From the NCBI GenBank assembly GCA_965249275.1, contig CBDFLQ010000007.1, positions 448,001 through 512,000 on the forward strand: a stretch of 64,000 nucleotides of DNA, given 5' to 3'. Position numbers and translations under genes: made by a program. Source of the DNA: Dehalococcoidia bacterium (GTDB taxonomy: Bacteria; Chloroflexota; Dehalococcoidia; Plut-88900). Position 1 is the first letter of the stretch. Each line of letters begins with the position of its first letter. The notes beneath the pieces were generated by a model. It was not told the DNA's origin and searched no databases. It was given only the letters and a program-made list of their open reading frames with translations. This document shows, one piece after another, positions 58,239 to 64,000 of the stretch.

Positions 58239-58643
58239 ATGTCTCCCAACTATTGGAAAGAGAAAGACTCGACCGGCATCATCTCTCGGCCCGTCCACCA
58301 CGGCGACGGCAATATCAACATGCGCGGCTTCTTCAACACAATTTCCAGCCTTCCCGTCAAGATTCAGCTATGGGAGCTGGAGCCGGGGGTCAGCGAAGGC
58401 GCCCACATCCACGTAGGCGACAACTCCCTGGAAGAATTCTACTACTTCCTCGAAGGCCGAGGCGAGATGTGGTTCGGGGATGAGACCCTGGAAGTGCAGG
58501 CCGGGGAGGCTGTCCTAGTGCCTCAAGACGTAGACCACGGCATGCGCAACAACTCCGATTCGCCCCTCAAGCTGATAATCGCCTGGGGAAAGCCCGACGC
58601 CAATGCCGCGCAAGCGCTCACAAAAGGACGCGGGCGCGATTGA
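58239..58643 (+). CDS. Cupin_2 domain protein
   Basis: LEPGVSEGAHIH...EEFYYFLEGRG...VQAGEAVLVP..DHGMRN; AAGGAGG RBS. Confidence 0.9.
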   Translation: MSPNYWKEKDSTGIISRPVHHGDGNINMRGFFNTISSLPVKIQLWELEPGVSEGAHIHVGDNSLEEFYYFLEGRGEMWFGDETLEVQAGEAVLVPQDVDHGMRNNSDSPLKLIIAWGKPDANAAQALTKGRGRD

Positions 58644-58659
58644 CCGGCGTAAGGCCGGG

Positions 58660-58911
58660 CTAGTCGCTTTTGAAGAAGTTGATGTTGATATCGTAGTACC
58701 CGGCCCAGTACTCCGGCACCTCGGACTCTTCAAAGATGGCGGTCACCGGGCACACGGGTTCGCACGCTGCGCAGTCGATGCACTCGTCGGGGTCGATGAA
58801 CAGCATATCGTGCCCTTCGCCATCGGAAGGGTGGATACAGTCGACTGGGCAGACCTCAACGCAGGCCAGGTCTTTGACTCCGATGCACGGCTCGGCGATT
58901 ATGTAGGTCAT
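58660..58911 (-). CDS. Ferredoxin (FdxA-type dicluster)
   Basis: [25 protein letters not shown]...[21 protein letters not shown]. Confidence 0.93.
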   Translation of the reverse strand: MTYIIAEPCIGVKDLACVEVCPVDCIHPSDGEGHDMLFIDPDECIDCAACEPVCPVTAIFEESEVPEYWAGYYDININFFKSD

Positions 58912-59003
58912 ACGAGGCAGGCCTCCAAGCTTTAGGGTCTCATCGCTCGGTCTGCGGGCAGCAAACCCAGCTTATTCTAATACCTTATCGGCGGGGACTC
59001 AAT

Positions 59004-60698
59004 CTACCCCACCGTCACCGCCCCCCGAGACGCAGATGTCGCCAGCCTGGCGTATTTCGCCAGCGCACCGGTTGTGTAGTTCGGCGGAATCGGGACCCAC
59101 GCCGCTAGCCTCCGGTTGAATTCTTCTTGTGGTATGTCCAGGTTGAGCTGGGCGTTGGGGATGTCAAGGACAATCGTGTCGCCTTCCTCAACCACCGCAA
59201 TCGGCCCCCCGACCATCGCCTCCGGAGCCACGTGCCCCACCATGAACCCCTGCGTCGCCCCCGAGAACCGGCCATCGGTTATCAACGCCACGTCCTCCCC
59301 GAGCCCCTGCCCGACTATGGCCGCTGTCACGTGGAGCATCTCCCTCATTCCGGGTCCACCCTTGGGCCCCTCGTAGCGCAGCACGACAACGTCTCCTGCC
59401 ACAATTTCCTGGTTGTCCACGGCCCGGAAGGCGTCCTGTTCCCTGTTGAACACCCTCGCCCGGCCCCGGTGGACCTTGCTCAGATCCTCCGGATGAGCCA
59501 ACTTCACCACCGCTCCCTCGGGTGCGAGATTACCCTTCAGTATCACCATGGAACCGTGAGGACTCAGGGGCTGCGCCACGGGATGGACTACCTTGCCGGA
59601 GGTCGGAATCTCCACGTCGGCCAAGTTCTCCTCGATAGTCTTGCCCGTAACCGTCATCGCACTCCCATGCAGCAGTCCTGCGTCCAGGAGCCGCTTCATG
59701 ACCGTCGGTACGCCGCCTTCCCGGTGCAGATCGACCATGAGGTACCGGCCTCCTGGCTTCATGTCCGCGATGTAGGGTGTGCGTTCGCTGATCCTGTGGA
59801 AGTCCTCGATGCTGAGGTCCACCCCGGCTTCGTAAGCTATGGCTAGTAGGTGGAGAACGACGTTAGTTGAGCCGCCCATCGATACAGCCACTGCAATCCC
59901 GTTTTCGAACGCTTCCTTTGTCAGGATGTCCCGAGGCCTTATCCCCTGTTCCAGCAGCCTCATCACAGTCCGCCCCGCCTCGTACGACTTCTGCAATATT
60001 CCTTCTTCCACCGCCGGCTCCGACGACGCCCCCGGTAGCGCCATACCCATAGCCTCGATGGTCGAGGACATGGTGTTGGCCGTAAACATCCCCCCGCACG
60101 ACCCCGCTCCCGGGCACGCCGCACACTCGATGTCCTTCAAATCGGAGTCGCTGATCCGGCCCTTGCTATGCGCGCCTATGGCCTCAAAAACATCCTGGAT
60201 ACTGATGTCTCTTCCGGCGTATCTGCCGGGCATTATCGTACCGCTGTATAGGAAGACTGTCGGAATGTTCAGCCGTGCCGCGGCCATCATCGCCCCCGGC
60301 AGGTTCTTGTCACAGCCTGCAATTGTCACGAGGCCGTCGAAGTATTCGCCGTGGGAGACCATCTCTATGGAGTCGGCGATCAGCTCCCGGCTCACCAGCG
60401 ACGCCTTCATTCCCTCCGTTCCCATCGAAATCCCATCGCTGACCGTAAGAACACCGAACTCGAAGGGCGTACCCGCCGCCGACTTCACACCCGCCTTGAC
60501 CCGCTCCGCCAGCTTGTCCAGGTGCACGTTGCACGGCGTAACATCCGACGCCGTGTTCGCCACCCCGATGAACGGCTGCTCAAACTCCTTGTCCCCGACG
60601 CCAACCGCTCTCAGCATCGCCCGAGCCGCCGCCCGGTCCGGCCCGTCCGCGACAATCCTGCTCCGATGCCTAACGTCGAATTTTGCAGCCGTGGTCAT
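59004..60698 (-). CDS. ilvD: Dihydroxy-acid dehydratase
   Basis: [53 protein letters not shown]; ATG at 60698 after AAGGAG. Confidence 0.96.
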   Translation of the reverse strand: MTTAAKFDVRHRSRIVADGPDRAAARAMLRAVGVGDKEFEQPFIGVANTASDVTPCNVHLDKLAERVKAGVKSAAGTPFEFGVLTVSDGISMGTEGMKASLVSRELIADSIEMVSHGEYFDGLVTIAGCDKNLPGAMMAAARLNIPTVFLYSGTIMPGRYAGRDISIQDVFEAIGAHSKGRISDSDLKDIECAACPGAGSCGGMFTANTMSSTIEAMGMALPGASSEPAVEEGILQKSYEAGRTVMRLLEQGIRPRDILTKEAFENGIAVAVSMGGSTNVVLHLLAIAYEAGVDLSIEDFHRISERTPYIADMKPGGRYLMVDLHREGGVPTVMKRLLDAGLLHGSAMTVTGKTIEENLADVEIPTSGKVVHPVAQPLSPHGSMVILKGNLAPEGAVVKLAHPEDLSKVHRGRARVFNREQDAFRAVDNQEIVAGDVVVLRYEGPKGGPGMREMLHVTAAIVGQGLGEDVALITDGRFSGATQGFMVGHVAPEAMVGGPIAVVEEGDTIVLDIPNAQLNLDIPQEEFNRRLAAWVPIPPNYTTGALAKYARLATSASRGAVTVG

Positions 60699-60769
60699 CT
60701 GTTTCTCCTTCTCGTTTTCTCCCGATTTTTCGCTCGACATGATAGCACACCCCCACCCCGTCCCCCTCT

Positions 60770-61040
60770 CATTATTCCCGCTACCGAGAGCCGGTCGAAG
60801 ATATCAAAGATGCGCCTTTAGCGTGCGCCACGGCGTGAATCCATCCCGCGGGGCGGGGAATTCCGTTCGCCCTGAGCAGAGTCGAAGGGTCTCAAGAACG
60901 GAATGGGGTCGAAGATGCGCCGAGGCGTGAATCCACCCCGAGGTGCTGGGCCGCCCCCCGCACTGCCAATCCGTCACGGTTATCCTGACTCCCAAGCGAG
61001 GCCATTCTCCCCTATCATTACGAGGCCCCGCGAGGAATCC
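60770..61040. repeat. Mosaic REP cluster upstream of ilvD
   Basis: CCGAGAGCCGGTCGAAGAT (also near 63135), family A at 60870, GTCGAAGATGCGCCGAGGCGTG at 60908, family B at 61014. Confidence 0.75.
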
Positions 61041-61975
61041 GGGGCGGGGTCCTGTCCCCTCTCCCTTTGATGGGAGACGGCTAGGGTGAGGGTGATTCCT
61101 CCCTAAATGTGACACCAACCCCTTGACCCGGTACAAACATATGTACTATATTCACCCCCGACCGGCCAGTCACCATCCCAACCCCCAAAGGAGGACCCAA
61201 CACCCGGGGAACACCACCGGACTACCGAGGACTCAACGTCCCAGCCCATCCCGAGAACCGGCCCTCACGCCGACTACCGGCTCAAGCGAAAGCCGCCATC
61301 TCCTCTCCTAAAGGTTCCGGCTTACCCTTCCCCAACTCTGGCGATGGAAGACGCCTTGGATTCGTAAAACTGAAGACTCCACCACCTCTTACCAGGTGGT
61401 CGAGAGCAGGTCTCCTCTCTTGTGAGTGAGGAGGTCTGAAAAGACCCGACGCCACAGAGCGAAGCGGGCAGGGTGCTCATTAAGCTCTCACGGAGAGGGG
61501 CCGGACCGACGTTGAGGATCTTCTCGATGCCCCTCCCCGCCCTAGTCGTTTCCGCCGTTGCTCCCGGCTCCCGGACGCTTCGGCAATGTTGGACATATTA
61601 CTCCTGTGGGGCCTACAGCTGGACCCGGCCCCCTTAGGCTGTCTTGGCGTGTGGAACACCCGGTTCTGGAGGATGGTATATCCGCCTCTGAATAACAGCA
61701 CAGCCAACCCACGTGTAGGAGCCGTGCCGGACCGCTGGCCCCGGTCGAGTCCGTGCAGCAGTCGAGCGTATGGGGCAGCGGGCCTGTAGCGTCCTCACCC
61801 CTGGATGCCCGAACCCCCGCTGTATCGTTACAGGGGCGTCGTCCAAAGAGCGTCTTCCATCGCCAACCACCACAAATCAACCAAGAACGCACCCCCCACC
61901 CCCCAATCGAAGATGGAACATCCGCCTTTGGCCGGCCCGCCGCAGGAGGACTGAATAACCCACGGCCCCTGGCTC
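61041..61975 (+). repeat. Dispersed composite element copy 3
   Basis: REP at 61051-61095; TTGACC-N18-TATATT (61123-61152) with AAAC-ATAT-GTAC; body aligns with copy 2; ACTGAATAACC at 61950-61960. Confidence 0.72.
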
Positions 61976-62011
61976 CCTCGTCACACAAGATTCCTCGCGG
62001 GGCATCGGAAT

Positions 62012-63067
62012 TGTAAGTGTTAGGTAATTCGTTGACAGATTGGTATAAGAGGCCAACACCAATCTGGAGGCGAAAATGCGAGACAACAGTAAGGACCTCA
62101 CCCTTGAAAGGAACTACATTCAGAAGTGGCGATTCCTCATACAGGAATACCGATTGGTCAAGGCCAGGAAGCATCCCCGATTCCGCTTTGCCCAGGACTT
62201 CTATGCCTTCCACGGCACTACACGTCAGACCTTTGCCAAGTACTACAACCGGTTCCTCCTCTCCCCCTCCGACGAAGCCTTCTTCCCCCGTAAACGGGGC
62301 CCCAATTGGAAGAGCCGCCGTACCCTGCCCTACATCGAGCAGAAGGTTCTCAGCGAACGCTTCAACGGTACCAATCGTTACGAGATATATGCCATACTCA
62401 AGCCCATCCTCAAACAGCACACCCCTAAGCCCTCCACCATCTACGCCATCACCAGACGCCACGGTGTTAATAGGCTCACTAAGCCGATGCAGCAATCGAA
62501 GCGCAAGATCATCAAGACCCGGGCAGGGGAGCTGGGCCACCTCGACAGCCACCACCTCAGCCGGGACATCCTGGTAGACTCCAAGCGCCGTTACTATCTG
62601 GTCGCCCTCATTGACGCCTGCACCCGCTTGGCCTGGGCCGAAGTGGTCGGAGACATCAAGAGCCTCTCTGTGATGTTCGCAACCCTGAAATCCATCAACT
62701 TCCTTAACGCGGAGTACGGCATCCAATTCGAGGCTATCCTCACCGACAATGGCCCTGAGATGGCCTCGCCCAGGAACATCGAGGGCCACCCCATGGAACG
62801 GATGCTCAATGAGCTGGGCATCAAGCACCGCTACACACGCCCTTATAGGCCCCAGACCAACGGGAAGATAGAGCGGTTCTGGAGAACCCTGAACGAGGAC
62901 CTGCTGGAGGGGACCACCTTCGAGTCGGTGGCAGAACTGCGGGACGAACTGCAGCAATATCTGCTCTACTACAATACCCAGAGACCCCACCAGGCAATGG
63001 ACGGAAAGACCCCTTTGGAGACCCTTCAATCTCTCTAATTCTGTCAACGAATCATCTGACATCTACA
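62012..63067 (+). mobile_element. IS481-family insertion sequence, copy 2 (1056 bp, diverged isoform of 4105-5160)
   Basis: Same left IR; right IR TCTGTCAACGAATCATCTGACATCTACA; flanks GGAAT and ATTCC are not a direct repeat. Confidence 0.93.
62076..63038 (+). CDS. IS481-family DDE transposase
   Basis: 320 aa, collinear with 4169-5131. Confidence 0.95.
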   Translation: MRDNSKDLTLERNYIQKWRFLIQEYRLVKARKHPRFRFAQDFYAFHGTTRQTFAKYYNRFLLSPSDEAFFPRKRGPNWKSRRTLPYIEQKVLSERFNGTNRYEIYAILKPILKQHTPKPSTIYAITRRHGVNRLTKPMQQSKRKIIKTRAGELGHLDSHHLSRDILVDSKRRYYLVALIDACTRLAWAEVVGDIKSLSVMFATLKSINFLNAEYGIQFEAILTDNGPEMASPRNIEGHPMERMLNELGIKHRYTRPYRPQTNGKIERFWRTLNEDLLEGTTFESVAELRDELQQYLLYYNTQRPHQAMDGKTPLETLQSL

Positions 63068-63324
63068 ATTCCGAGGCTCCGCGAGGAATCTGGGGCGGGG
63101 ACTCCCCTCCCCCCACTTCCCTCCGTCATTCCGGCTGCCGAGAGCCGGTCGAAGATGCTGCAGGTTTGCCCTGGACGGAGGAACACAATATGAATAGAGA
63201 TGCGCGTGCCGTTCCCTCCCAACCCCTTGCCCCACCCGACGCGCCCGCTTATCATTGCATCCACGTATGACCCTTTTCATACTTGTTTGACCCCCGCGCC
63301 CTTGACACCATAAGGAGACCACAG

Positions 63325-64000
63325 ATGTCTTACGATGACATTCTCATCGAAAGAGATGGCCGCATCGCCAAGCTCATCCTCAATCGCCCTCAAAAGCTCA
63401 ACGCTATCACCGACCATATGGAAGAGGAGATGGGCCTGGCCATCAAGGAATTGGGTGATGACGACTCCGTCGGCGTCGTCGTACTCACCGGCGCCGGCAG
63501 GGCCTTCTCGGCGGGTGCAGATGTCTCCGAGCTCCCGGGCAACGAGTCCAGCAACAACTCCAACGGCAGGGGGGCCAACCCCGAGGAGATCCGCCGGAAC
63601 TTCCGCAAGGCTATGGACATTGTCCTTGGCGTACACCGGATGCAGAAGCCGGTCATAGGCATGATCAACGGTGTCGCCGCCGGCGCGGGCTTCGACCTGG
63701 CCTGCGCCTGCGACCTCCGAGTCGGTACGCCCAAGTCCCGATTCCTCGCCGCCTTCATCCGTGTCGGGCTATTCCCCGGCTGGGGCGGCATGTGGCTCTA
63801 TGCCAAGACACTCGGCATTCCCAAAGCTGCCGAGCTGGTGTTCACGGGCGACTTCCTGCAGGCCGACGAGGCCTATCGTCTCGGTATGCTCAACAAGCTC
63901 GTGCCTGAAGAAGAGCTGGAAGCCACTACTATGGAGATGGCCCGGAAGATCGCCGATGGCCCCCCCATCGCCCTACGGCTATCCAAGTTGATGCTATACA
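63325..64000 (+). CDS. Enoyl-CoA hydratase/isomerase (crotonase) family, partial at the window end
   Basis: Manual translation MSYDDILIERDGRIAKLILNRPQKLNAI...TGAGRAFSAGAD...KPVIGMINGVAAGAGFDLACACD; AAGGAG RBS. Confidence 0.92.
   Translation, partial: MSYDDILIERDGRIAKLILNRPQKLNAITDHMEEEMGLAIKELGDDDSVGVVVLTGAGRAFSAGADVSELPGNESSNNSNGRGANPEEIRRNFRKAMDIVLGVHRMQKPVIGMINGVAAGAGFDLACACDLRVGTPKSRFLAAFIRVGLFPGWGGMWLYAKTLGIPKAAELVFTGDFLQADEAYRLGMLNKLVPEEELEATTMEMARKIADGPPIALRLSKLMLY

Overview
GC-rich bacterial chromosomal window. By inference it resembles Chloroflexota (Dehalococcoidia/SAR202-like), based on LACG-type lipoprotein leaders with TPEP linkers, heavy paralog expansion and Gram-positive-type SOS-box-like motifs. 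It is dominated by catabolic genes: two polyamine-type solute-binding proteins, a DoeA/EutD-like M24 hydrolase, two ureohydrolases, an amidohydrolase, an amidase, three class III CoA-transferases, lutABC, a tandemly duplicated branched-chain-amino-acid-type ABC transporter, katG and a thiol dioxygenase. It also holds a tungsten AOR operon with two catalytic subunits, a B12 mutase cluster (ICM-type plus MCM-type large subunits and one small subunit) interleaved with two hicAB pairs, nfo, csoR-YHS-copA, two paralogous unknown 361-aa proteins plus a cupin, a ferredoxin, ilvD and a partial crotonase. Intergenic space is a mosaic of REP-like palindromes, and three IS481-family elements sit in or directly against them. 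Most notable: (1) a dispersed 0.7-0.9 kb element in three copies with a conserved promoter overlapping a LexA-like box; (2) a 21-22 bp hairpin nested inside unrelated REPs; (3) a preserved duplication junction forming an in-frame livG-lutC chimeric mini-ORF; (4) the double-AorB operon; (5) the uncharacterised tandem double-domain proteins; (6) a leaderless ATT-start HicA missed by the ORF track. All calls come from reading motifs by eye; no database search was run.
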